Below the pieces are notes generated by a model. The model had not been told where the DNA came from and searched no databases. It worked only from the letters and a program-made list of their open reading frames with translations. Shown here piece by piece: positions 1 to 10,266 of a stretch of 64,000 bases of DNA. Origin of the DNA: an uncultured Parachlamydiaceae bacterium (lineage in GTDB: Bacteria; Chlamydiota; Chlamydiia; Chlamydiales; Parachlamydiaceae); contig CAVULX010000004.1 of assembly GCA_963742415.1 (NCBI GenBank), positions 1-64,000 of the forward strand, given 5' to 3'. Within the stretch, counting starts at the first letter, position 1; each line of letters starts with the position of its first letter. Made by a program: the position numbers and the translations under genes.

Positions 1-2
1 TG

Positions 3-209
3 GCCGCGAGCAATGGCGCGGGCCCGGCGATCGCGCATTTCAGCGTCGCGCACCACATCACTGGTCCGGCGGCATGGGTGGCGGCGCTCGTGATGATGGC
101 GCTGGCCGATGTGCTCACCCGGCTGATCGTTATCTACCTGCGCGGACACCGCCTGGCGGCCGGTCCGGCGGCCGCCGCGGCCCGTGTCCCGGCAGGCGTC
201 CGTGCCTGA
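3..209 (+). CDS. 3' end of a membrane protein (partial, runs off the window start)
   Basis: Open frame AASNGAGPAIAHFSVAHHITGPAAWVAALVMMALADVLTRLIVIYLRG...VRA* ending at TGA 207-209; hydrophobic; lies directly upstream of the sensor kinase. Confidence 0.6.
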   Translation, partial: AASNGAGPAIAHFSVAHHITGPAAWVAALVMMALADVLTRLIVIYLRGHRLAAGPAAAAARVPAGVRA

Positions 210-246
210 CCTGGTATCCCCGCCCGCCGCGAGTCACACTGTGTCC

Positions 247-1500
247 ATGAAGGCGCGGCTGACCGCGGCGGGCCTTATTCATGGCGCCGCGCGGCCTGGC
301 CAGGACGAACCCGCTTCGGCCCGGGTGGCCGAAGCGCGGTCGCGCGCCCGCGAGCGCGGTGACGCCCAGCGGCAGGCGCTGCGGCCGCTCGGTGTGCTGT
401 TCATCGCGGTGGTGCTGACGGTCAGCGCGCAGGCTCATCCGGCGCCGGGCCTGCACGGCGCCGGCCTGGCCGTGACCGTCGCGCTAGCGGTATACGCCGC
501 GGCGGTCCTGACCGCGATCAGCGTGGGCTGGGCTCGCCGCGGCGTGGCGGCACAGGCCGCGGTGAGCGGGCTGATCGGCGGCTGCGGGGTGGCTCTGGCC
601 GTCTTGCAGCCGAACGGGCCGGTCGAGATAGCCGCGAGCATGGGGGTCTGGATCGCGGCGGTCAGGCTGCCGCCCGTCCCGGCCGCGGCCGTCGCCGCGG
701 CGATCACCGCCGCGCTCGCCGTGGCCGTCGGCCTGACCGCGCATCCGGCCGTCCAGCAGGCCATCACCGCAACGCTGCTGTGCCTGCTGCTCGCGGTGAC
801 CGGCCAGTTCATCCGGCGCGGACGGGAGAGCCAGGACCGCACCGAGCTGCTGCTGGCCCAGCTCCAGGACGCGCGTGAGGGCGAAGCCGCGGCGGCCGCG
901 CTGGCCGAGCGGAGCCGTATCGCGGGGGAGTTGCACGACGTGCTCGCGCACTCGCTGTCCGGCTTGGCCATCCAGCTTCAGGGCGCCCGCAAGCTCGCCG
1001 ACCGGGAAGCCGTCAGCCAGCGATTGCGCGCCGCGATCGAGCGCTCGGCCGAGCTGACCAAGGCCGGCCTGGCTGATGCGCGGCAGGCCGTCAGCGCCTT
1101 GCGCGGCGACCGGCTGCCCTCCATGGACCAGTTGGCGGCACTGGTCGAGGATTTCCGCCGTGACACCGGGACCGACGCCACCCTGCGGATCGACGGGACG
1201 AGCCGGCCCCTGCCCGCCGAAGCCGGCCTGGCGCTGTTCCGCGGCGCCCAGGAGGCGCTGACCAACATCGCTCGCTACGCGCCCGGCGCCACCACCGCCA
1301 TCACCGTGACCTACCAGGAGGACCGCATCCTGGTCACCGTCGAAGATCACGTCCGCGCGCCGCAGGCCACGATCCTCGCCGGCGCGGGCGGCGGGCACGG
1401 GCTGACGGCGATGCGCGAGCGGGCCGCCCGGGCCGGCGGCACCGCCCGGGCCGGGCCGACCGCCGACGGATGGCGGGTCGACCTGGAGGTGCCGGCGTGA
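247..1500 (+). CDS. Membrane sensor histidine kinase (HisKA_3/NarL-partner type)
   Basis: Several TM helices, H-box ERSRIAGELHDVLAHSLS, N-box QEALTNIARYA, G-box GGGHGLTAMRERA; start uncertain (184 or 247). Confidence 0.93.
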   Translation: MKARLTAAGLIHGAARPGQDEPASARVAEARSRARERGDAQRQALRPLGVLFIAVVLTVSAQAHPAPGLHGAGLAVTVALAVYAAAVLTAISVGWARRGVAAQAAVSGLIGGCGVALAVLQPNGPVEIAASMGVWIAAVRLPPVPAAAVAAAITAALAVAVGLTAHPAVQQAITATLLCLLLAVTGQFIRRGRESQDRTELLLAQLQDAREGEAAAAALAERSRIAGELHDVLAHSLSGLAIQLQGARKLADREAVSQRLRAAIERSAELTKAGLADARQAVSALRGDRLPSMDQLAALVEDFRRDTGTDATLRIDGTSRPLPAEAGLALFRGAQEALTNIARYAPGATTAITVTYQEDRILVTVEDHVRAPQATILAGAGGGHGLTAMRERAARAGGTARAGPTADGWRVDLEVPA

Positions 1501-2174
1501 CGGCGGCATCCCGGCCGATCCGGGTCCTGATCGCCGACGACCAGCGAGTGGTCCGCGAAGGCCTGAGCATGCTGGTGGCGCTCATCGACGATGTTGAGGT
1601 CGTGGACACGGCTTGCGACGGGGCCGAGGCGGTGCGACTCGCCGAGACTCACCACCCCGACGTGATCATGATGGATCTGCGCATGCCGGGCACCGACGGT
1701 ATCGCCGCCACGGCGGACCTGCGCGAGCGGCTGCCGACCGCCCGGGTGCTGGTGCTGACCACTTACGCCGACGAGGACGCGATCGTGCCCGCGCTGCAGG
1801 CTGGAGCGCGGGGCTACCTCACCAAGGACGCCAGCGCCGAGCAGATCGAAGCGGCGATCCGCGCGGTCTATGCCGGGCAGACCCACCTGGATCCTGCGGT
1901 CCAGGAACGGCTCGTGGCCACGGTGCTCAGCCGGCCCGTGGCCGTTCCCGGACCCGAGCGCAAACCACCCGACGGGCTCACCGCCCGCGAGACCGAGGTG
2001 CTCACGCTGCTCGCGTCGGGCCTGAGCAACGCCGAGATCGCCGAGCGCCTCTACCTCAGCAACGCCACGGTTAAGACACACATCAACCGGATCTTCGCCA
2101 AATCCGGTGCCCGCGACCGCGCCCAGGCCGTCAGGTACGCCTACCAGCATGGCCTGGCGACGCCCCCGCAGTGA
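1497..2174 (+). CDS. NarL/LuxR-family response regulator
   Basis: VLIADDQ, MDLRMPGTDG, GYLTKD, HTH LTARETEVL...SNAEIA...TVKTHINRI; GTGA overlap with kinase stop. Confidence 0.95.
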   Translation: MTAASRPIRVLIADDQRVVREGLSMLVALIDDVEVVDTACDGAEAVRLAETHHPDVIMMDLRMPGTDGIAATADLRERLPTARVLVLTTYADEDAIVPALQAGARGYLTKDASAEQIEAAIRAVYAGQTHLDPAVQERLVATVLSRPVAVPGPERKPPDGLTARETEVLTLLASGLSNAEIAERLYLSNATVKTHINRIFAKSGARDRAQAVRYAYQHGLATPPQ

Positions 2175-2259
2175 CACGAGGCTGTGGGAACGAATCCCCG
2201 CAGGTTGATCGTCGATCAGGGCAGGACCCTTCGCGCTGGGGCGGCGGCGAGTTGGCCAC

Positions 2260-2350
2260 GGGGTCACAGCGATGGCCTCGATCTCGACGAGTTGATCGGC
2301 GCGTACCCGGAGCATGGTCACGCCGAGCATGGTGCTGGCGGGCGTCGTGC
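2260..2350 (-). pseudogene. C-terminal remnant of a RidA/YjgF-family protein
   Basis: Minus-strand translation PASTMLGVTML...DQLVEIEAIAV matches the family C-terminal motif; no N-terminus; ends approximate. Confidence 0.5.
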
Positions 2351-2389
2351 GCTCCGCAAGGCGGCACTGACGACATCCCACGCCGCGAC

Positions 2390-3250
2390 CAGGCCCATTG
2401 CTTGCCGTCACGGAAGTCCGCGGCGAAGGTGCTGGCGATCGCGGACATGACGGGATGGCTGGAGATGATCAGCCCGAGCTCGCGGTTGTCGTTGAGGGAG
2501 GTGTTGGAGAAGTTCTCCGATCCTATGAAGACCTTCGCCCGGGCCGTTCCGTAGTCGGCCTCGATGACCTTGCCGTGGATGTAGAAGCCGGTGGAGGAAT
2601 GTAGTAGCTGATGCGGATACCGGCTCGGGCCAGCCTGGCGTACGCGCTGTCGTATTCACCGCTCTCGTTCTCCCCGCAGACCCGCACGTCGACGCCACGC
2701 CCGGCCGCCTTGATGAGCGCGCTCTCCACGGTGGTGTCGCCCATCTCCTCGCTGTAGATGCGCAGGCTGCTGGTCGCGCCGTCGATCAGGCCGAGCAGGT
2801 GGTCTTCCGAGTCGGTCGGCGACCATACCAGGTCGCTCCCGTCGCCGGGACGGACGGCGGCCTGGGTGAAGTCGGCCTCGAACACCGCGGTGATGGCGGC
2901 GACGTCGGCCCGGCTGGTGTCCACGACGAGGAAGTCGCGGGAGGTCGCGTAGTACCGGCTGGTCAGGTTGGCGGTCATGATGACCGCCTTCGCCGCGTCG
3001 ATGATCACGGTCTTCTGGTGGGTGTACCGGTACTTCGGCGAGGACCAGGTGACCTTGACGGAATGGGAGCTGAGGTAGGAGTACGCGGCCGAGTTCACGC
3101 CCTGCTCCCGCTGGTCCAGGATCACGTGGACCCGCACGCCGCGCCCGGCGGCGGCCGCCAGGTCATGTTCGGCTCTGGTGTCGGAGAACTCGTACATGGT
3201 CACGTCGATGCTGTGCCTGGCCCGGCCGATGAGGTCGTAGACGGGGGAGA
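2390..3250 (-). pseudogene. Phospholipase D-family protein (two HKD motifs), frameshifted near 2600 and 5'-truncated
   Basis: HQKTVIID...TANL in ORF 2523..3203; after a 1-nt shift, IHGKVIEAD...IGSENFSNTSLNDNRELG; ends approximate; may be a sequencing error. Confidence 0.8.
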
Positions 3251-3370
3251 AGGGGGAACATGGACGGCATCCTCCTGGCGGTGCTGCGCTAACCAGCCTG
3301 CTGGCCTGCTCGCCTCCCTCAACTGCCCTCGCCGGGCAAAGTAAGCCAGTCCCGGGCCGAACCGTCGCGG

Positions 3371-3807
3371 CTAACGCACCTTGGAGCGGCGCAGCCGTGA
3401 CCAGCGCCGGACCGTGTGGACCAGGAGCAGGATGGCCAGCACGACACCGGTGATCGCGTGCCAGCGGATCTTCGTCGGATGCCCGGCGAACCAGTCCCAG
3501 AAGCCTGAGACCAGCATGCCCGCGGTGATCACCGCCAGCAGCACGTCGGCCAGGGCCAGCCGGCCCGCGGGCCCGGCCAGGGCCTGCAGGCGGGCCAGCC
3601 GGCGCAGCAGGCTGGCGGACACCCGCGCCGCTGGAGGAGGTGCATGCCCGCCAGCACCGCGAAGGCCAGGCGCACCGCGATGTGGATCGCCAGCACCAGC
3701 GGCTCGAACACCAGGGACACGATGACGGTGCCGATGAGCGCGAGGTGGACGAGCCACCGGAACAGGGCGCGCCGCACGCCGTCGCGCGCGGGGGCGTGGC
3801 TGGTCAT
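3371..3807 (-). pseudogene. Small His-containing multi-TM membrane protein split over two frames
   Basis: MTSHAP...WLVHLALIGTVIV...IHIAV...GMHLLQRR continues in another frame as LALADVLLAV...SGFWDW...RWHAITGVVLAILLLVHTVRR. Confidence 0.55.
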
Positions 3808-3965
3808 GCCTTCGAGCGTGGCCCCGCGCGGAGCCGGTGTCGTCAGGACCAGGACCGATATGCGGTTATGACCAAGGCTGAGCTTCGTCGGCCGGGACGC
3901 CGGGCCGCGTCGTCTTAAGGGTGACGCAGCATCCTCCGGCAGGCTGATTCTGCGTCGCGGCGGCG

Positions 3966-5168
3966 TTGTCTAGGCTGGTCAGGTATGGAGGCATCGCGGA
4001 GCGCGGCGGCCGGTGGCGCCTCGCTCGTGGACCCGGGCCGGGACCGGCGCGCCCGACGATCGACCGGCTGGTGGCGGCGGGCCTCCTGGTCTGGGCCCTC
4101 CCGGATGTGCCCTGGTGGTGGCGACCGCCCGGCCACGGCCGGGCCACGGTCGTGCTCGGGGCCGTCGCCCTCGCCCTGGCCCAGTCGGCGCCGTTCCTGT
4201 GGCGGCGGCGGTGGCCCGTGCGGCCGTCCTCCTGGCCGCCTCGCCTGCTGGCCGCCCGGCCAGGCTCGGGCAGAATCCGTCTACTCGGCCGAGGCGGCCA
4301 CCGTCGTGGCCGCCTACGGGCTCGGCGCCTACGGCGGCCGTCGACCGGCGGGCGGCGCGGATGATGGCCGCAGCCGCCGTGGTGGTGGCCGTCGTCGTGC
4401 TGCTCGGACCTCCCACGGCGAGCGGGTCCACGCCCTGCCGTTCGCCCTGCTGGCGACCGCCCTCGGCATGGGCGAGGTCGGCCAGCGGCCCACCGGGACG
4501 TGCCGCGGTCACCGCGGGTGCACATCGCACGATCTGGAGCGGGCCCGCCTGGCCCGTGAGCTGCACGACGTGATCGCCCACCAGCTGAGCGCCATCGCCG
4601 TGCAGGCGGGCGCCGCCCGCATGGCCGGCCAGCGGACCCCGCGGTCGCGGTCCGGGCGGTCGCCACCATCGAGGCGACGGCCCGCCAGGGCCTGGTGGAG
4701 CTCAACCGGCTGGTGGGTCGTTGCGCCACGACGGCGGCCGACCGGCTCGACCGGGCCCGCTGCAGCCGCAGCTCTGGACGACCTGCCGGCCCTCGTCGTC
4801 GGCGCCCGCCACGGCCGGCTTCCCGGTGCGGCTGCTCATCGACGGGGAGCCCCGGCCCGCTCCCGGCCACGGTCGAGCTGGCCGGCTACCGCGTCGTGCA
4901 GGAGTCGGTCACCAACGCCCTGCGCTACGCGATGGGCCGCCCCCACTCGGGTCACGATCACCTACGCCCCGATGCCGGGTTGGAGGTGGAGGTGACCGAA
5001 CGACGGGTCGCCGGCGGCGCCCGGTGGGGCGGCCCGCCAGGTGTCCGGGGGGCGGGGCCTGGCCGGGTTGGCCGAGCGGGCGGCCACTCCTGGGCGGCGC
5101 CTGCGAGGCGGGACCCCGGCCCGGCCGTGGGATTCGCGGTTCATGCCTGGCTGCCGGCCGAGCGGTGA
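3966..5168 (+). pseudogene. Sensor histidine kinase with multiple frameshifts
   Basis: ERARLARELHDVIAHQLSAIAVQAGA, VELAGYRVVQESVTNALRYA and GFAVHAWLP occur in different frames. Confidence 0.8.
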
Positions 5169-5837
5169 GCGATCAGCGTCGTCGTCGCCGACGACCAGGC
5201 GATGGTCCGGGCGGGCATCCGGATGCTCGTCGCCACCCAGCGCGACATGACCGTCGTGGGTGAGGCAGGGGACGGGGCGCAGGCGGTCGACGCGGTCACC
5301 GCGATGCGGCCCGGAGTGGTGCTGATGGACATCCGGATGCCCGAGCTCGACGGCATCGAGGCCACCCGGCGGATCATGGCGGGCGGCGCCGGATCCGTCC
5401 CGGGTGGTCATGCTCACGACCTTCGACCTCGACGAGTACGTCTTCGACGCCCTCGCCGCCGGCGCCTGCGGGTTCCTCCTCAAGCACGCCCCGCCCGAGG
5501 AGCTCCTCTTCGGGGTGCGGGCGGCGGCCGCCGGCGACGCACTCGTGTCGCCGGCGCTCACCCGCAGGCTGGTCGACCGCTTCGCCAGCAGCCGCCCACC
5601 GGTACGGCGAGCTGGACCGGCTCACCGCAACGCGAACGCGAGGTCCTGCTCCTGCTCGTCCGCGGTCGGTCCAACGCCGAGATCGGCGGCCGAGCTCATG
5701 TCGGTGAGAGCACGGTGAAGACCCACGTGGCCCGGGTGCTGGCCAAGCTCGACCTGCGGGACCGGGTCCAGGCGGTCATCTACGGCTACGAGACCGGGAT
5801 GGTCACGCCGGGCGGTAATGTCAGCGGCCTGGCCTAG
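5165..5837 (+). pseudogene. NarL-family response regulator with frameshifts
   Basis: VVADDQAMVRAG, MDIRMPELDG, VMLTTFDLDEYV...GFLLK (other frame), REREVL...STVKTHVARVLAKLDLRDRVQAV. Confidence 0.85.
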
Positions 5838-5846
5838 CCTCGGGAC

Positions 5847-6026
5847 ATGGACATCTTCAACGACGAGATGCTCAGGGAGTGGATGGCGCAGGATCATCCG
5901 GCTGTGCGGGAGCTCGCCAAGATCCGCGACGTCGAGTGCATCGACCTGCCGACGGGCCACTGGCCGCAGTTCACCCGGCCCGGTGAACTCGGCCGGGCGA
6001 TCCTGGCGAGCGTGGGGCCCGCCTGA
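5847..6026 (+). pseudogene. C-terminal remnant of an alpha/beta hydrolase
   Basis: 59-codon frame ending ...IDLPTGHWPQFTRPGELGRAILASVGPA* (catalytic-His region); N-terminal part absent. Confidence 0.55.
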
Positions 6027-6153
6027 CAGGGACGACACGCCTGTAATTTAGGGCGGGGAACCCGGTCCGTTCGGAACCCGTTCTGCTCCGGCCGGGGACT
6101 TGGAGAGGTGGAAACCGTCGATTGATCTGGCCATCGGATGACCCGGAACGATA

Positions 6154-6753
6154 ATGGGCGGCGTGGATAACAGCCACTACGGCCTGGTCATCGCGGCTGC
6201 CCAGGCCGCGGGACCGTGTCCTCCCGGTGCGGAGGCGGCATGGGGCCGCCGGGTGCATGGACTGACCGTGGACCTGCACCTGATCGCTCAGCAGGCGAGG
6301 CAGGATATCGAGCGGCTGGAGTCGGCGCGGACCTTCATCGCGTTCCTGGAGAAGGTCGAGATCGAGGAATCGAGTCGTCGCGGGCTGCTCACGTTGCGCT
6401 TGCCGTCAGGCGAGAGCGAGCCGATCCGCACCGAGCAGAAGGACACCGACCGCGGGCAGGCGCTGATCGAGCGAGCCCGCTCCCTGGAAGGACGCTGGGT
6501 GCTCGTCTACCGGTACAACGAGCGGAAGACAGGGCAGCGGAACCAGTCGGTCCGGATGCTGGCGCACCTGATGGATCTCGGCGTTGACGGGGCCGTGCCG
6601 AACAACACGGCGAAGAAGATGGTGCTGCAAGAGGCGGGTGGCGACGTGGCGCGCGCACAGCAGGCGTGGACGGCCGCAGGGCTGCCGGAGACCGGCCCGG
6701 TCAGCGTCGGTCAACTGGAGCAGGCGCGCGAGGCAATGCGGGAAGCCAGGTAG
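6154..6753 (+). CDS. Hypothetical protein (199 aa), beta-rich central region
   Basis: Intact ORF with high-GC codon usage; GATAAT at 6150-6155 may be a -10 box for a start at GTG 6163. Confidence 0.75.
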   Translation: MGGVDNSHYGLVIAAAQAAGPCPPGAEAAWGRRVHGLTVDLHLIAQQARQDIERLESARTFIAFLEKVEIEESSRRGLLTLRLPSGESEPIRTEQKDTDRGQALIERARSLEGRWVLVYRYNERKTGQRNQSVRMLAHLMDLGVDGAVPNNTAKKMVLQEAGGDVARAQQAWTAAGLPETGPVSVGQLEQAREAMREAR

Positions 6754-6798
6754 CAGCAAAAGGTGCCCTGCCTTCCTCCGTTCCGGTCGGCAGAAGGC

Positions 6799-6976
6799 TG
6801 ATAACAGCAAGAAGCGCAGGAAGTGACATCAGCTCGGCCGCGACCGTGACCGCGATCTTCTGGTCCGGGCCGAACCAACAAGGTCCGAATCGAGCCGACT
6901 CGGTTCGACCCGGACCACATATCGCCGGGAGGCGAGGCACGGGCTTGGGATGCAGGAGCGCTTCTTGCTGTTATCA
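6799..6976. repeat. Long nested inverted repeat (hairpin) between the hypothetical gene and the recombinase-like gene
   Basis: Perfect 19-bp IR TGATAACAGCAAGAAGCGC (6799-6817 / 6958-6976); inner 16-bp IR with 1 mismatch (6861-6876 / 6902-6917); partial complementarity in between. Confidence 0.9.
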
Positions 6977-6978
6977 CT

Positions 6979-7869
6979 ATGGATGAGTATTCTCCGGGTA
7001 TGGCAGATCTGGGGGAGCGCAGGTCAGCGCGCGGCGCTATCGATGATTTCATCCGTCATCTGGCCGACGGCCAGTTCGCTATCATCACCCGGCGGATCCG
7101 CAGGCACTTCCTCAGCGAGTACCTGCATCATGCGCAGCAGGCCGTCGGCAACGTCGATATCACGGTCGGCGAGCTGATGAACCCCGCGCGCGCCGACGCC
7201 TGGCTCTCCGATGCGGCCGACGGGAAGACCCGTACCCGCAATACGCTCCGCGGTCCTGATGCCGCCGCCTACACCAACTCCATGCGCGTGCGCATCGACT
7301 CCTACAACGCCTTCGCCGAATTCCTCTGCCTGCCCAACCGCCTTGACAGCCAGCCGCCCGCCTCCGGCTACTACCTAACCCCCGCGGATACCGAGCATCT
7401 CCTCCACGACCTGACGGTCCGCAGGCCTGTTCACGCCAACGCCTCAACTTCACTGCGCACCGCCGCCCTTGCCGCGCTCGTGGCCGACACCGGTCGGTCA
7501 GTCCCCGAACTCGCCCGCCTCGACATCAGCGCCCTGCAGCTGGACGGCGAGGCACGCGTCGAACTCGCCGACGGATCTTGTCCGCTCGGCGGCCCAACCG
7601 TGCAGATCCTCACCCGGTGGCTCAGGGCCCGAGCGGTGATCATCGCCGAACTCGAGGGCAGCGACCCCGGCTACCTGTGGATCCCGACTAAGCCCGGGCG
7701 GCCCCGAGGCGGTCGCGAGCCCGTTAAGCCCGGCCTCAGCCGCGCGGCCGTCCGCACCCTGCATGCCGCCCACCGCACCCTCGTCACCCAGTTGCTCGGC
7801 ACTCCGCTTCGCCCCGGCGCCCTCCGCGCGGCAGGCCCGTCACGTTCTCGGGCCGGCCAGGAGTCGTGA
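6979..7869 (+). CDS. Tyrosine recombinase (XerC/XerD-like) homolog with degenerate catalytic motifs
   Basis: Core-binding-like N-terminus (IDDFIRHL...SMRVRIDSYNAFAEFL...YLTPADTEHLL), box I-like RTAALAALVADTGRSVPELARLD, box II-like LRPGALR; no His/Trp-Tyr tail before the stop. Confidence 0.7.
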   Translation: MDEYSPGMADLGERRSARGAIDDFIRHLADGQFAIITRRIRRHFLSEYLHHAQQAVGNVDITVGELMNPARADAWLSDAADGKTRTRNTLRGPDAAAYTNSMRVRIDSYNAFAEFLCLPNRLDSQPPASGYYLTPADTEHLLHDLTVRRPVHANASTSLRTAALAALVADTGRSVPELARLDISALQLDGEARVELADGSCPLGGPTVQILTRWLRARAVIIAELEGSDPGYLWIPTKPGRPRGGREPVKPGLSRAAVRTLHAAHRTLVTQLLGTPLRPGALRAAGPSRSRAGQES

Positions 7870-8157
7870 GAGCCCCACTCGTCCTGGGCGATCCGCCGGG
7901 TGCTGACCAACGACGGAACGCGCTGACGTATCCGCTCGATCGCTCGTTGCCGCGTGGCCCGTCGGAGGCGCGGAACTACAGCGGGACGTGTTCCGGTGTG
8001 TTGGATCCAAACGGCACGCAGACTCAATCGGCACGCTGAGCTGGCCGGACGGTTGGGGGATTTAGCCGAGACGCCGCTGGCGGGCCGCCAGGCACACCGA
8101 TCTCACCATCGCGACGCGCGTTGCGCGAATCGTTGTTGGCGGGCGCTGGGCACGATA

Positions 8158-8750
8158 GCACCGCGCGCTGCGCGGCCACTGCTCGAGATCGGCTGTCGGA
8201 CGCGCGTGGGAAGGCCCGCATCGCCGCCGAGCTGATACCGCCGGACATCGCCGAGCAGGTACCGCTGGACCTGCTCGGCCTCATTACCGGCCTGCCCGCC
8301 GAGACGGCGCAGATTCCTTGGGATGGCCCTCAAGTCCGGATTATCGAGCATCAAGCGCATGCCCCGGGCCATGCGGCGCTGTTGATTGAGGAACGGGGGG
8401 TTCTCGTCGCCGGCGACATGCTTTCTGATGTCTTGATTCCGATGCTCGACTTGAACGACACCGCTGACCCGATCGAGGACTACCTCGCCGCGCTTCGGCT
8501 GCTCGAGGGCGTGGCGGGCGACGTCGATGTCCTCGTCCCGGGCCACGGGTCCATCGGCGGAGCTGATCAGGTACACGCACGGATCCACCAGGATCGGGCG
8601 TACGTGCACGCCCTGCGTGACGCCCATGTTCCCAGCGACCCGCGGGTCGGCCCATCGGCCAAGGACGGCTGGGACTGGGTGGCCGACGTGCACGCACGGC
8701 AACTCCAGCGCCTCGCCCGAAGAAGCGAGCGCGACGGGACGCCCGGCTAG
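8158..8750 (+). pseudogene. MBL-fold metallo-hydrolase, C-terminal part only
   Basis: HAPGHAALL...LVAGDMLSD...VLVPGHG present; HxHxDH motif missing; 5' end approximate. Confidence 0.7.
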
Positions 8751-8762
8751 CGGTCCGCTGGT

Positions 8763-8879
8763 GAGCGTAACCAGCTCGAGACGTTCCTCCTCTCCCGGGC
8801 TTTGGAGCACGACGCGCCGGGGGTGCTGCTGCAGCTGGCCTGTGACTGGCTCCGTAACGAACGGATCATCCGCGCATGA
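8763..8879 (+). mobile_element. Tn3-family transposase N-terminal (DUF4158-like) fragment
   Basis: ERNQLETFLLSRALEHDAPGVLLQLACDWLRNERIIR* resembles actinobacterial Tn3 TnpA. Confidence 0.6.
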
Positions 8880-8914
8880 CTCGACTGGCGTGGTTGCGTC
8901 GCATCTCATTCAAT

Positions 8915-9040
8915 CTTGTGGTTCCGGTCAGCCCGCGGTCGAGGTAGATCCGCTCGGCGGCGACGCCGAGCTCGGCCAGGCGCTGGCGTTGGGCGGTGAG
9001 GTCCTGCTCGTCGGCGGGCGGGCGTAGCCAATGATCGTCT
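8915..9040 (-). mobile_element. Serine resolvase N-terminal fragment
   Basis: IIGYAR/ADEQDLTAQRQRLAELGVAAERIYLDRGLTGTTR, frameshifted at the catalytic-Ser position and truncated. Confidence 0.7.
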
Positions 9041-9109
9041 GCGGTCCGGGCAGCTAACAGGGTGAGCAGACCGTCCCTATCGGGTCGGTGAATGCCTGCC
9101 GTCCGCCGC

Positions 9110-10260
9110 TCAACTGCGCAGTTCCGCGTTGAGCCGTGCGGCCTGTCGCGTGAGGTGGTCGCGTTCGGGGAGGTTGGGCGCTGATCGGGCGGCTTCGGCG
9201 TAGAGCCGTGCCGCGGTGACCGGGTCACCGTCACGCTCGTGCAGGTACGCCGCGACGGCGGCGTGGCGGGGCAGGGCGGGGTCGAGCTCCGCCAGGGCGG
9301 CCAGGCCGGCCCGCGGGCCGTCGGCCTCGCCGACCGCGACGGCCCGGTTGAGGCGGGCCACCGGGCTGTCGGTGAGGCGCACCAGTTCGTCGTACCACTC
9401 GACGATCTGCACCCAGTCGGTCTCCTCGACCGTCCGGGCGTCGGCGTGGAGCGCGGCGATGGCGGCCTGGGCCTGGAACTCGCCCAGGCGGTCGCGGGCG
9501 AGGGCTGTCTGGAGCACGTCGACGCCCTCGGCGATCAGGCGGGTGTTCCACAGGCTGCGGTCCTGCTCGGCAAGGGGCACGAGCCTGCCGTCGGGGCCGG
9601 TCCGTGCCGGGCGCCGGGCGTGGTGGAGCAGCATGAGCGCGAGCAGGCCCGCGACCTCCTCATGGTTGGTCTTGGCCGCCAGCTGGCGAGTGAGCCGGAT
9701 CGCCTCGCCGGCGAGGTCGACGTCGCCGGAGTAGCCCTCGTTGAAGACCAGGTAGAGCACGCGCAGCACCGTGGCGACGTCACCGGGCTGGTTGAACCGG
9801 ACGCCCGAGACGGTCCGCTTGGCCCGGCTGATCCGCTGGGCCATGGTCGCCTCCGGCACGAGGTAGGCCTGCGCGATCTGACGCGTGGTCAGGCCGCCGA
9901 CCGCGCGCAGCGTGAGCGCGACGGCCGAGGCCGGTGTCAGGGACGGGTGCGCGCACAGGAAGTACAGCTGGAGCGTGTCGTCCACCACCTCGCCCGGGCC
10001 GTGCCGGGCATGGGCTCGCCCTCGACGCGTACCTCGCGGTGCCGTCGGGAGGTATCGGCGCGGGCGGCGTCGAGGAACTTGCGCCAGGCCACGGTGACCA
10101 GCCAGCCCTTGGGGTCCCGCGGCGGGTCGTCCGGCCACACGCGCACGGCCTCGACCAGGGCGTCCTGCACGGCATCCTCGGCCGCCGCGAAGTCGGCTCC
10201 GCGACGGACGAGGATGCCGATCACGGTGGGGGTGAGGGTCCGCAGCAGGGCCTCGTCCAC
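9110..10260 (-). CDS. ECF RNA polymerase sigma factor with C-terminal extension (YciI-associated type), frameshift near 10000
   Basis: DFAAAEDAVQDAL...WPDDPPRDPKGWLVTVAWRK, then DDTLQLYFLCAHPSL...LRAVGGLTTRQIA...TMAQRISRAK...YLVFNEGY...EQDRSLW. Confidence 0.85.
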
Positions 10261-10266
10261 CGTGCG

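Noticed and set aside
6799..6976. Retron msr-msd (a1/a2 inverted repeats)
   Set aside because: The shape is similar but no reverse transcriptase is encoded nearby
7870..7935. Frameshifted C-terminus restoring the recombinase Tyr (VLGD...LTY in another frame)
   Set aside because: Spacing and residues do not fit LGH-x8-Y; not convincing by eye
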